NCBI GenBank assembly: GCA_010093815.1
Contig: ML996574.1
Strand: one strand, 5' to 3'
Source: Pseudovirgaria hyperparasitica
Taxonomy: Eukaryota
DNA length: 64,000 nucleotides
Notes under the pieces: model-generated
What the model saw: the letters and a program-made list of their open reading frames with translations, nothing else
What the model was told of the DNA's origin: nothing
Databases searched by the model: none
Position numbers and translations under genes: made by a program
In this document: positions 37,382-50,000 of the stretch, in pieces
Layout of the letters: each line of letters opens with the position of its first letter
How positions within the stretch are numbered: position 1 is the first letter of the stretch

Positions 37382-37994
37382 TTACTCTCCAGTCCTAGTC
37401 CTCCTTCTAGCCTCAAGTGGCCTCCTGTCCACCACCGTGTCCGGCCGGCGGCCCTGCTGCGCGGTAGTCGCAGTCCTGTTTCCCGGTGGGGTGGGCGGCT
37501 CCGAGTAGTCAGCCGCGTCAATGGAGACGGAGTAGTAGTGACTGATGTCGTACTTTTCGGAGCTGTGGGGGACGAGCAGGTCGCCGTCGCAGTCGCGGCC
37601 GGTCCAGAAGATGACTGGCGAGGGTTGTTAGCATTGGCACTGTGAGCTGCTGTGTAGGGTGTCTACTGGCTATTTGGAGGTGCCAAGGTGACGCGCACTA
37701 CTTGCCTTGATAGTTCAGGTTCACGCCTGCGTCCTTGGTCCAGGTGACCTCGGCCGCCAGGTTGGGCAGGTAGTAGCACTCGTCGAGATAGAGGTACTGG
37801 GTCAGGCCGAAGATGGTGCCCGTCTTGTCGAGGAACGTGTTGGCGACGGCAGAGATGCGCGTGTCCTGCGCGTCCCGCAGGTCGGCGAGGGGGTCAGGTT
37901 TCTCGACAACCTCGTTGATACGGACGCTATTCGGGGCGGTGGGAGTGGCGAGGGCAAGGCCTGCGAGGAGAGCGGAGATGAGAAGTTTAGTCAT
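37382..37994 (-). CDS. Small secreted protein (effector candidate); GC-AG intron 37615-37705
   Basis: Signal peptide MTKLLISALLAGLALA; spliced product continues ...DECYYLPNL...LNYQVIFWTGRDCDGDLLVPHSSEKYDISHYYSVSID...TGE-stop with strongly C/G-ending codons. Confidence 0.7.
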
Positions 37995-39168
37995 TTTCTT
38001 GAGACGAATAAATGGTTGATGTGCAATAGAAGCTGTGTTTTGATCGTGTTCAAGAGGGGTGCTGATTGCTTGTGATGATGTGCTTTTACGGTGCCCATGG
38101 CCTGGCTTTATATTAGTCAATTCTCACTTTGGTGACGTGAGGTGTATGGACGCCGATGAGTAGCTTTGATGGTCTCCGAAGGACAGAGTCATACGCAAAT
38201 GGTTCGTGTTCCGCCGGTTGTACGACTGCATTTTACCACATTAAAAACGGCTCATGTACATGGCAAGATCACATGTACGCCAGATTCATGTGTCGTTTCT
38301 TGAGGCTATGGCGCGAGATTATCTCTATGGCGTCACGCCCTTTGTATTATCAGTCTTTAGTCGTCACAGGTTTCGAGTTTGTACATTCGAGTAAGTACAA
38401 TGGGTTTGCAAGATATCATTTGTCAAACCGAGAGCCTGGGTTTGGCATCTGGCTAATGCAGGGGGAATGAGATTCCGGTGATACCATAGACCGTACGTTG
38501 GGGCGAACGCCGACGGATAGCTTGTCAAATCGAGCTGGATGGTCGTTCCTGTACATCGTCAGAAGATGTCATTGTATCTATAGATGGGTCGGTAATAATC
38601 ATCCCGTGTCTCGAGCGACAAAGGACCTGGCCGGGTGTAACGGTCTATTGAAGCACCAGCTCAACCATATCTTCGGCCATTAGGTATTGTCATACAGGAG
38701 AGAGTGGCAATTGGACGTTCCAAATTCAAGCTGCATATCGTCGACAGGGTCTAAAGAGTAGATATCTTGAACATGAGCCTCAGCATGCGTCGTTTTTTGG
38801 ACATTTGTTCTGGTACAACACGAGGTGGTAAAAGGGGACATCAGTACTCTATTCAATTGCTCATAGATTGGAGGAGTAGTTCTCAAGCGGTTTGTTCCAT
38901 TCACAACGACTGGCTAGCTTGTCAAATCTCGAAATACGATGGATATGGGTGGGAGTCGAATGAATGGGGTGTTGTGTGGCGCTAGTCTGTTTTCGGACTC
39001 GTGGATGTGGCGTCAAATCCAACAACATCAACAACAGTCCTGGTTCAAGTTCTAGTAGTTTTATTGTAAAGAGAGTCATCCATGCTACTATAGATGCATC
39101 ACCACCCTCAGTAAGCAAGTCGCTGATGTTCTAGAATTCTTCTCTCATTAGACGAAACCAAGCGCGCC

Positions 39169-39190
39169 TCACGTGACCAGATTGCGCCAT
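39169..39190. promoter_or_regulatory. Adjacent E-box (TCACGTGAC) and CYS3/MetR-like site (ATTGCGCCAT) upstream of the methionine permease
   Basis: Motifs are 3 nt apart, about 415-435 bp upstream of ATG 39603; the second is a 9/10 match to ATGRYRYCAT. Confidence 0.5.
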
Positions 39191-39602
39191 TTCGCCCAGG
39201 CTCAACTTTGCAGGACAAGGACGGTGGTTGGTCTTCGACGTTGCATTATGGGTCTTGGAATTTGTCTCGTGTCTGCTGGGCCATCCCGATCCGGGAGGTG
39301 CCTGTCTTTCCGCGAAGTTTATGTCAAGATCCCATGAATAGTATGGCGGTCGAAGTACCAGGATCTGATAAAAATACGTGCACGTCTTCTCCAATAACGT
39401 GATATGCCATCTATATGAGGACAGCGCCTATCGTCCATGCGAGTACTTAACATTCTTCTCTATAAATTGTCTGGACAGCTACTTCTCGAGGTGGTACACG
39501 GTTCATCTGGCTTTCTGGCATCGCTCGTCGACCCGCCGCCTGTGCTACTTATACTCTCGACTTGCTTCTTGTCTTGAGTCTGCTTGCAAACATACAGTCA
39601 AC

Positions 39603-41403
39603 ATGGGTAAGAACGACGATATCGATAGGCCAGTGCTACACCATCACTCTTCTGCTGGGAGTGAGGACGACCCTCCAGAATATACACCTCCACTAGCCGT
39701 CGTGCGGGATTCGGCAAGCATCCAGACTCAAGAAGTCTATCGTTATGATGAGTCTCGCAAGCTTGGAATCACGAGCTCGGTCTTCCTTATCCTCAACAAG
39801 ATGATCGGAACAGGAAGTATGTACTTCCAGATGAAACGTTGGAGGAGTCAGGCTAACTCGTGCAGTTTTCTCGACGCCTTCAGGCATCTTCGCTTTAACC
39901 GGTTCCGTTGGAATTAGTCTAATGCTTTGGGTGATAGGTAACATGTTGCGCATGAATATCCAGTGTGCAGTTGATTGACGGGTGTACAGGTGGACTCCTG
40001 ACATTCTGTGGTCTCAGCGTTTTTCTCGAATTCGGTCTCCAGATCCCACTATCTGGTGGCGAGAAAAACTATCTCGAACGTGTCTATCGGCACCCAAAGT
40101 ACCTCGCGACTTGCGTATTCCTGTCTCAGATGATCCTGCTCGGCTTTTCCTCCGGCAACTCGCTCGCGTTTGGTCGCTACGTTCTGTTCGCATCAGGCAG
40201 TGAGGAGCCTGATGGCTGGAAAGCCCGCGGTATCGCAGTCGTGTGTGTAACCTTTGCCGTAGCTCTACACGCCACGCTTCCGAAATGGGGCATGAGGCTA
40301 TTTGACATCCTTGGCGTCTTTAAAGTAGTCGTTCTCCTCCTCATTGTCTTCTCTGGCTTCGCTGCCCTAGCAGGCCACCGGCGGATTGAGGATCCGCACA
40401 ACTTCGACGACGCCTTCTCGATCGACACCTCTTACGGAGGTGGTGGCGCTTGGGCATATGCCACTGCCCTTTTGCGTATCGTGTACAGCTACAAGGGCTG
40501 GGAGAATGCAAATTACGTGCTCGGCGAGATCAAGCATCCGAAAAGGACCCTGGCTATCGCCGCACCACTGGCTGTGGGAGGTGTCACCATCCTCTATGTC
40601 CTGGCCAACGTTGCATACTTTGCAGCGATCCCAAAGCGCGATCTTGCAGAGTCGGAAGTCATTGTTGCTGGTCTGTTCTTCCGCAACATCTTTGGAAACA
40701 GTGCCGGCGCGCGTTCTTTGCCTGCGTTTGTGGCGCTGAGCAACTTGGGCAATGTGCTTGCTGTGAGCTTTGCTCACTCCCGTGTCAACCAGGAGCTTGC
40801 GAAGGAAGGTTTACTTCCTTTTAGCAAGTTCTGGGCTTCCAACAGACCGTTCAATGCTCCAGCTGCATCGGTGAGTCTCGAGTCGCACACGGTCATGTGA
40901 TTCACCTGCTAACGACTACGCAGCTCTTCCTACACTGGTTCGTGACTGTCATCGTCCTCGTCGCCCCTCCTGCCGGCCCGGCCTACAACTTTATCACTGA
41001 CCTGTACACTTACCCGGGCGCCTGGATCAACGGCTTCGTTGCTGCCGGTCTCATTTACCTACAATGGCGCAAGTCCGAGAGGTGGACTTCGCCGTGGCAC
41101 ACATATCTTCCCATCACTGTGGTATATCTGCTTTCCAACGTCTTCTTGGCCGTCACTCCTTTCATCCCGCCAAAAGGAGACATCAACGCTGACGGATACC
41201 CATACTATGTGTTCCCAATCGTGGGAGTTGGTGTTCTGCTTCTGGGTATGACGTACTGGGGCCTTTGGATCAAGGTGTTACCGAAGATTGGTGGATACAA
41301 GGTTGTTGGTGAGAGGGTAATCTTGGAGGATGGAGCGGAGGTTGTGAGGTATAAGAAAGTGAGTATCAAGAAGAATGGTACAGGCGAGGTAGGATCAGAA
41401 TGA
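39603..41403 (+). CDS. APC/LAT-family amino acid permease, Mup1/Mup3-like methionine permease; three introns (about 39818-39865, 39938-39990, 40871-40923)
   Basis: LILNKMIGTG.FSTPSGIF, GSVGISL, LEFGLQIPLSGGEKNYLERVY, YSYKGWENANYV, ELAKEGLLPFS; about 12 TM helices. Confidence 0.88.
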
Positions 41404-42736
41404 CGGAATCAGTTTTTGCTATACAAAGTAGCCACTTACATAACTAAAAGCATTTCTACTATACCGGGCTCAAGGTACCAGCTGTTCTTTGGTCGGCACT
41501 TGAGCGTTGTACTATCTTTGCTCACAGGTAGGATCGAAACCAATGAATACTCTGTCAGCGATCTTGCTCGGATGTCGCTATCGTACATCCGACCACGTAC
41601 ACCCGACACTCTCTCTAGCAACCTTCTTCGCAGACACCAAAATGTCCTCGTCACTTCTTCTTTTACCACTCCTTCCAATCCCATCCTCTGTGCACTTGCC
41701 CACAATCCCAGCCTTCGTCTCGTTCTATCCCATGGTCCTCGCACATACACATCCCGAGATTAGCCTCGACCTGAGCTCTCGCAGCCTTCCATATCAAATT
41801 TTGAGCCATTACAATCCTAACAGCGCCGAAATGAGATGTATCAAGCGAATACATTCTTTGTTTGACAGATAGCGTATGACGGATAAGATTGTAGTCTACA
41901 GAATGTCAAGGGTATAAGGTTACTGAGAGTAATACGCAGCAAAGTTAGAGCGATTACTCTTGTATTGTTTGCAAATGTATTCTTTCGCTTGTGATCGTGT
42001 ATGGAAGCGGCTTGGTAGTTAGCTTGCTGCTTATTATGGATGTTCACGATGAGGACTTATCTGGGTTTTCTGAAACGAAGGAAACCATATCCAGCTAGAA
42101 CCGTCTGAGGCAAGTTGTCAGCGGAGATATCGTAGAAATCGATGATGTCCTTTGATCACACCTAGCCTGACTGAGGAAGACAGGAGGGCAGCAATTGTCG
42201 CTTCCACAAGAACGCTTGCGTGAGTTGAATAGCACAAAGCTCATTAGTAAGACATGTAAGAGAATCAATAGAGCAGCGAAGCTGATATTGAAATTGAGAT
42301 ATCTTTCGAAAGGAAAATGGGAGCAAGGGAGATGTTGCCGTACAAATATGGGCTTGTCGTCTCGATGGAGAGTCCTCCTTTCTGGCATGGATCTCGAAGT
42401 AAAGCGTCTGGCGGATGCTCGTTTCCTCTCCGGCCTGGACAAACTAAAATCAGTCAACTCGTCCAGATCTTCGTTTATATTCAGCGGATCCAACACCAAG
42501 ATACTCAACACAGGAGGAGAACTCTCTCTTTTCCAACTAGCCCCGTCTTTGTTTGTGATGTGAACGCGTCCTGCTGCCGATTTTGTTAACTTTGATAAAT
42601 TATAGAAGCATCTCAGGTATGAAGGAGCCGCTCCGCGTGCTTCATTGTGGCTATGCAACATACCACCTAGCCAAGCAAGCAACACCAAGCCAACATCTCA
42701 CAAAGCACTCTACTATTGCCATCTTCACCTCAGCAC

Positions 42737-43172
42737 CTATTCGGCCAAATACACCACCACACCGCCACGCACCTTCAAATTCTTTCCAGCAGCCGCAGCT
42801 ATCCTGCCCTGATCCCACGCTTCCAGGCACTCGATCTCGAAGCACAGATCGGTGTAGTCTCTCCCCTCGAAGTCGTCCCACAAAAATGGATCTGCGCACT
42901 CACCGCTGTTGCTCTCGTGCGTTACACATTTTCCGCGTAGCATTGTGTTGCTCTCATGTTCGCCGCAGTCTTTCTTGAAATGTGCGATCCAGCAGTAACT
43001 GGCCTTGGGCACAGGGATCGGGCTGATTGGGGGGTTTGGAGTGTTGCTGTTGTCATTTTTTGGTATTGGTGCTGTTATTGGCGTTGGTGCTGGTGGAGGT
43101 GCGTGGTTGGATTGGCTGGTAGGCTGTATGTTTGCTACCGTTGTTGAGTGGGTTGCTGTGAGGGGTAGACAT
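42737..43172 (-). pseudogene. Small Cys-rich ORF whose best ATG (43172) is out of frame: frameshifted gene or sequence error
   Basis: Cys domain CWIAHFKKDCGEH...KCVTH...GECAD...LCFEIEC resembles the neighbours at 44.7-45.7 kb. The ATG frame stops at 43053-43055 right after an A6 run. Confidence 0.4.
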
Positions 43173-44707
43173 GGTGGTTTTGTGAAGGGAGACGTGATAC
43201 GTGACCGTTTTGAGTTGTGAGGGGAGTGCTTGTGTGAACAGGGCAGTGAAAGTCTCTGTAGCTTTTCAGATTGGTTGTTGATCTTGTGCGTAGGTGAAAA
43301 CTTCGAGCAATGGCGTCATGGCAGCGCAACAGTTGCAGCAGTGGAAAAATGGCCTGTGCCTGGCTGATGCTCGTCAAAATAAATCACTTCCTGGCTCGTG
43401 ATTAAATATATGCCAGTTGCTCTGTCTTTCAATGTACAATAGTGCAGTAGTGTATACTAAGACATGTTTCTATAGCAGCACGCGTTGTATACAAGAAGCG
43501 GGTCAGGACACGACAACTAACACCAAGAAAGACTGTCTGGAAATAGCTTCATGTTCAAAGGACTGGACCAAAAGATGAAATAGATAGTCAAAAACATGTT
43601 GTTTATATGAGCCTCAAGCTCTTGTGCAGTCATTGTGAAACATCACTGGTCGATATGGTAATTGTGTGTATCCTGGCCTGAAAACCTCAAGCTCACTTGA
43701 CACTTCCTATGCTTTGGCATCCGAGGATTTGCTCACGAGTATTGAAAAGTCAGGGGCGCTGTCTCTAACAGCGCTCCATATGATTCATCACTTAGGCAGT
43801 ATAGGGATACATTGGGCGCAACGGCCCTGCAAAATGGCAAAAGACCAAGCCCTCGATGGGAACCTGGGAAAACTCACCCACTGTGCAATGGGTTGGTTTA
43901 TTTGGGGCGTGAGGGGGCACGTGTGCCAAGAGGAGGGAGGAAAGGAGGGAGAGGGGGGAGGACGAGGATGAACCGGACGCGATGTGCAATGCGACGACGT
44001 CATAGGCGGAAGCGTGTACGGTCGAGGCTCGAGAGCAGAAAGGCGGTCGTGAGTGAGGATCGAACCGGGCCCGGGTCGGTGCCAAATCGTTAACGTTCGG
44101 TGAATCGAGACAATCGTGCCAAATGCCCTAATTTGTTAGCGACAAAGACAGTCTTCTTAACTTATTTATATACCCATACGAGGTGTGAGAAAGCGCGTGG
44201 ATGGAAATAACAACAAAGCCCCTGACTAGCGCTGTGACCAGATATCACGGTCTGACTGTTCGCCTGTTTGAGATCCGTCTCTTCACTTTGATGCCCCCCC
44301 GAAAATCATTCGCGCCTAAGTTCAAGTCACTCTGTATAAAGCAGAGAAGAGCTGGTGCACTCCTTGTGTGAAGATTTCTCTTATCGCGAAATCCAGGCGT
44401 TGAGTCCTCTAGGTTCACAAACAAAGCTTCGGGGAGGACTGGAAGTAAACATACGCAGAGAATATTCCAAGACACTGCAATGGTGTGGAGGAAGAAATGT
44501 GATTCCAGCAGTAGTGAAGCAACGAACGCAGCAAGATTGGTTGATAAATTTAACCAAGCTAGACCTTCGCACAAGCACGAAATCGAATGTTTCGGTCATC
44601 CTCAATACCTCCCACCACAGTATATTCAACTTTTTCTCCCTCAAACCTAATCGACCCAGCGGTCCTTCTAATGACGATATCCCCTCATCTTCTCGGACCA
44701 TCAGCAG

Positions 44708-45049
44708 TTAAGCTCGTTTGTAAGAAGTTTTCGACCTAGGCTCCTCTCGCATTGCTGTCTTGACACCTGCTTTCCGCAGCTGGGTATTCTCGGTGTTTAT
44801 GATCCATGAGACACCATCTATCTTCTTGTTGTGTTCCTTCTGTTCTTTGCTTACTCTTTCTTCGCGTTGCTTGGCCTTGCATTTGCTGCAGACCCAACTG
44901 CATGGACGAGAAGTGCACGGTGGTGAAGAACACTCGCCACGTTCTCGATTGACAGTGCATCCAAATATAGGGCCAAGCACTTCTTGATGACCACAGGCAT
45001 GATCGAGACGACGGCGTGGGCATTCGTTAAGGTCGAAAGGAAGCGACAT
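44708..45049 (-). CDS. Small Cys-rich putative zinc-binding protein
   Basis: C-x8-CGH...C...GEC...C...CxxxCxxC followed by a charged helix; no signal peptide. Confidence 0.6.
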   Translation of the reverse strand: MSLPFDLNECPRRRLDHACGHQEVLGPIFGCTVNRERGECSSPPCTSRPCSWVCSKCKAKQREERVSKEQKEHNKKIDGVSWIINTENTQLRKAGVKTAMREEPRSKTSYKRA

Positions 45050-45371
45050 CGTGATGGACCACTGGTATGAGTTGCGGGATGTGCAGTTTCTTGTGGCTCA
45101 TTAGTATTATATGTTGGGTGCGAGGAGGAAAAAAGAAAAAAACTTCAACAGGCAGAATAATTGGAGTATTAAGCTGAACTATAAACGTTTGTCCCAACTG
45201 AAATCTGTGAAAGAGATTCAACTGGTAGTCACGTCGTCCTCATCTTCGTTCACATCGCGATTCTGCTCCACTTGCGTTACTTCTTTTGAGTCCCAGTTCA
45301 ACACTGTCTGTCTCACTGAACTTCGTAAATTTCATTCACGCTTTCTTTGACTCCTCCTTCAGGCTCATGGC

Positions 45372-45659
45372 CTACTTCTTGATCATCTTCTCATATTGTC
45401 CCTTCCAGTATTGCACCTCCTCCGCCACTTTCACCGCTCCTTCCTCATCTCTCTTCTTGGCCTTCTCTCTACAAGCCATGCACAGCCCATTACAGTCATG
45501 GAACGTCGTACTTGCGTTATCACATTCACCGCCCCTCATAATATGAAACGGACATCTGAATACGCATTCGAGAAGTTCGCTTTCGTGGCCACAAGGGACG
45601 TGAATATAACGGTGGATCTCACACCTCGTATAAATCTTGTGTGGTGACATTGTTTTCAT
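45372..45659 (-). CDS. Small Cys-rich putative zinc-binding protein
   Basis: C-x9-CGH...C...C...GEC...CxxxCxxC followed by a charged helix; same layout as 44708-45049. Confidence 0.6.
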   Translation of the reverse strand: MKTMSPHKIYTRCEIHRYIHVPCGHESELLECVFRCPFHIMRGGECDNASTTFHDCNGLCMACREKAKKRDEEGAVKVAEEVQYWKGQYEKMIKK

Positions 45660-46364
45660 GAAGCTGAGCCGTGTGTTAGGAACCTACAACGCGCGGAGAG
45701 GGTAGAACACAAGGTATTCGAAGTCTACTTTCACCCATCGAGCGACTTGCTGACAATGAAAGAAGCTATGATAGAGATAGTATTGTGTTTCGGTTGTTAG
45801 GGGCTATGGAGGGAGTGAGAGTGGTACGATACGTGATACAGCGCGTTCAGCTTTAGAAACTGCGTATAGCTTGTGATTAAGATTTTCACAGGATAGTGGT
45901 ACGCTGTCACTCGTTAGAGATCCTTGAGCATGTATAGACAACATGATATATTGTACAGACCCTGCTGTGCGTTTTAAACAGTGAACAAGTTATGACAGAA
46001 GTAAGAGTGTGAGTGCGGAAGCAAGGATGAAACACGGCAATGAAAGAAAGTTAAAGGCTCGCCTTGCGGTTTGCGATTGTTACAGGACAAACTGGGCGAA
46101 GTGACGAACAGTCTACTAACAATCACATGCCTATGTGCAAACAGAATGAGCGTATCAAGTGAAGTGAAGGCCCAGTATACGTTCAGGCACTTTCTGTGTG
46201 CTGTATGATCTGATTGGTGCCATTCACAGTCAATTTTCGAATTTCTGTCCCATATATTTCTCTATAAACTACAGTCTTTCAGTCAGCGGCACTGATGGCT
46301 TAGTTGCCTCCAACGCGCACACAATCTCAATCAAAAAATCACGCTAGTCCCAAGCGATCGGTTT

Positions 46365-46405
46365 CTGCAGAGATCCCCGGTTCAATCCCCGGGGCCCGCA
46401 GTTTT
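46365..46405 (+). other. tRNA-like 3' fragment (B-box/T-arm hairpin followed by a T-run)
   Basis: GAGATCCCCGGTTCAATCCCCGGGGCCCGCA-GTTTT; no convincing 5' half found. Confidence 0.3.
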
Positions 46406-47078
46406 GCTTTTGCTCTCGGCGATTCTGGGTATCGAAGCTGGTGTTGATTTCCTTTTGCCGGATCGTATAGACTCAAGGGAAGAACCAGATGCCATCAATC
46501 ATGGCTGGAATATGTGCATGGTGCCATATAAAGAATTTACAGGTAGCTTCCCCAAACAGTTCAATCCAGCTCGCACAAAACTGACAGCAGCTATGGATAT
46601 GACAATTCTGGCAGTTTTTTGGAGGGCTGGACTGTAGGCATGACCAACCCCCTATAGACTACCTCACTTAAGATCCATGTAGTCAATATATCGTGCTTCT
46701 GGCAAGTTATCAGGACCTCTATTATTCGAATACAAGAGATTGGAATGCCAATGTGTCGGCGTAGAGCCACACAGTGGCAGTGATTGAGCTGCTAGTGTGG
46801 AACTACTAGCCCGTAGAATTACAAGCCCAGGTCTGCTGGAATAGACCAAGGGACCAAATCTGAGGAAAACCTGTAGCTATTCAAAACATTAAGGGTTTTA
46901 GGATTCTCTCAATCCTGTATTTTGGGAGTATCCAAATACATGTGCTGTGTATCTTACAAAGTGGACAAAGTTATCATCTGTAGCAACAAGGAAAATGTGT
47001 ATGTTACAGTTCATTGTTTGCTATTGTACAGTTATGATCCATATACTTTACAGCCTTTCGCGGAACTTGTTCATTCTC

Positions 47079-50000
47079 CTATGCATTCGAGACTACAGCA
47101 GTTAAAGCATCCACCGGAGTATTCTCTGACGATCCATCGGAAGATGACATAGAATCGAAGTGTGGATTTGTGGTCTGAGAATTCCAATGCCGCCTTTGTG
47201 TAGCTAATACATCAGAGACATCCAACAATTTCGCTTCCTGTAGCTTGCTGACGAAGTGCCAGAATTGATTCTGAAATTGCCTGTCTTCCCGGTGCGAGGT
47301 CGGAGGTGTAAGCTTGTTGTCGACATCGTGAACTATTTGTGCTACTGCAGAGTAGTCGCCTTGGCGAGCATGAGCATTTATCATGTTATGTAAAGCGCGC
47401 CATCCAGGCTGCTGGCCAGTTCTGACCATACGACTAAGCACTTCCCTCATTTTACCGATTTCGTCGAGTCTGGCCCATCCTTCGATCATGCGGTCCATGA
47501 AGATATTGTCGATATAGGCGTATCGGCTGTTGGCACGGTTCCACAACGCGTCGAGCTTGAAGATATCGGGGTGTTCCTGGTCGAAGTAATGTCGGGCAAG
47601 GGCAGTGAAAATGGTTGCTGGAATCCACTGTTCCGATTTGACTAGGACTCGAAGAACAATTTCAACGGCGCGCATTTGATTGTGGCGAATAAGTCCGTCT
47701 ACGAGAGCTGTGAATGTATATTTGTTGAGAGCTTTCTTCTCTTTGAGGTCGTCGAGCAGATCCTCGATGTTCTTCTGAACGAACACTTCGGGCTGAGAAT
47801 CCTCGAACAAGGATACACGAAACATGGCGTTTACAAGGAGCGCATATGTTGCCTGGTCAGGCTCGATTCCTTTGCTCTGCATCTCGTCGATGAGTTCATA
47901 GCCTTTTACAGCATCGCCTTTGCGAAACGCCATCCTGATCATTGGATTGTACGTCCATGCTGTGACTTCAAGACCAAAAGCTTTCGCCCATTCAAGAAGC
48001 CTTTCCACCAGTTCCCAACTCCTGTTCTTGTCAGATATTGCTTTGAGAGCAGCATTGATCATTTCAATGTTAGGTCTGACAGTGAGGGTGGGTGGTGGGC
48101 CAAGGTTCTTGGTTGGTTTCGACCGCTGCCGCTGCGCCTCATAGGCTTTCAAACGTTCACATGAAGCTGTCCAGCTGTTCCCAATGTCCTGGATCAGTTG
48201 AAGACCGTCGCTAACGTCTCGCAACATCATGATACTGTGTATTCTCGTCACCCAAATGCGGCTCGTGGGCTGGAAGCCGGAGTCAAGCATTTTCTGCCAA
48301 AAAATGTCCAGTGCCTCCGGATCTCTTAGGTCATTGCAACCAGACAACACAGCCTGCCAAACCCATTCTGTAGGTTTCGTACCTTGTTTTTGCATCGTAT
48401 TCCACACTCTAATAGTATTCGACATGTCTTTCAGCTTCATGAAAGCTTTCAAGAATTGTACAATAGTGTCGACAGGGATTGTTGTATTTGATTGCCCAGT
48501 GGTGTTATCTAACTCCGCCTGGACCCGCGACCACAGTTTCTGAACATGAGGCAAGTCTTGAGCTTCCATTGCACGTCCGATCCGCGACTCTAGCCGAGCC
48601 GAGATCATCTCTACTTGGCTTGCTCCATCGGACACATGGCTAGTAATGAATTTCTTCGGTTGTCTTCGAGTGACATAGTTTGTGTACTCCGCAACGACGA
48701 AGTGGGCATCTTGCTTGATATTTCTGATTCTAGGCTGCCATTTTTCGACAGCTAGACGGTTCTGTTGCAGTACCGTGCTGCTCATCTCGAGTTGAGCCCA
48801 CATATGATGCGTGTACGAGTCGCAGATCATGGAACTGATGAACTTCACGAAAGGCCAGTATTCTGCGCGCTGGGTCTCAGAAATGTTGAACGTGGATTGT
48901 TCATGTATGAGCAAACAATTTGTGAGCAAAGCGGCACCGCATAACTTTTCAAAGCTGTGGTAGCCCATGACTACTAGAGGAAGTGATTGTTTCATAAGTT
49001 GTGAGAATTTTGGGGCTCGCAACGTAATGTTTGGCTGCCTCGGAGGAAGAAAAGCCCAGTCATTTGGCGCTGGTGCGGGGCTGGAATCAGAAGATCTGTG
49101 GTGGAAGCAAAAAGCCTTCCACAGGTCAACCACTGCTAAAAGACTGGCTGAGTCCTTTGGCTTGTCAGAGCAGCTAATCTGTAGAAGGTGTTTCGTAGTT
49201 TGGTCTAGTAATTCCGACCAAATACGGTCACCATCGAAGACGCCAATTGTCAACATCCTCTCAAGAGCATCTACTGGTCTAGGAACTCCTGCTCGTTTTC
49301 CAGAACACCAGGCTTTTGTGATATCGATTAACAGGTATGCGAAGGGAGACATCTTGGCTAGGTGTTTCATATCGTTGTAGGTTGGAGTTTTAAACGCAGG
49401 ACAATCGCGTGAAGTAAAATTTTCATTAAAATAGGCCCATCTTCTCGCGATCTGAGCCACTGGTAAGTTTGAAAATATGGCAATAGGTCCGACATCGCGG
49501 TTATCTCGCCCGTGGACGGATGATGCGGTGACTTTGGGTCGTGCTGCTGGCCGTTGCGTATCTCCCGATGTGTGTGTGATGACCGGAGGGCGTGCCGGCA
49601 CTATATTTGTCATTTCGTCCCGGGATAGTAAGTCTCCATGTCTGGAACGGGCTTGGGTGTTACTTGTGGATTGTGTGATATTGTCCCTCTCACTTCGTTG
49701 AGAAGCGTTTCCATACGGTTTTTTATACTCTGAGTTGTCGACGTTATCATTTTGGACTTCTGACCGTTCGAAAACAGGGTGATGAGTCTGATCATATGAC
49801 ACTTGAGGGTCTTTGGTACTTCGAAGAAGAGACCCGTATCGCATCTCCTTGGGCTCTGCCTGTTCAGTTGGCATATGCGCTACCTCTTGGGCTTCATATC
49901 CCACACCCAGTGCAGGACGCTTCCAAGTTGGCGGTTGCAATGGTTTCACGATGTGTTTGCCAGCGAGACCGTTTTTCAGTGGCACGACTCCTGCGATTTC

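Noticed and set aside
37560..37575. Apparent frameshift in the secreted-protein second exon
   Set aside because: Recounting the G5 run shows the frame is continuous (VPHSSEKY).
41416..42090. Short ORFs downstream of the permease; also 5649-5990 and 46404-46637
   Set aside because: Protein-like in places but short, interrupted or lacking an ATG; could be relics but unsupported.
46365..46405. Selenocysteine tRNA or an intact tRNA gene
   Set aside because: No long variable arm, UCA anticodon arm or pairing acceptor 5' strand; kept only as a low-confidence fragment.
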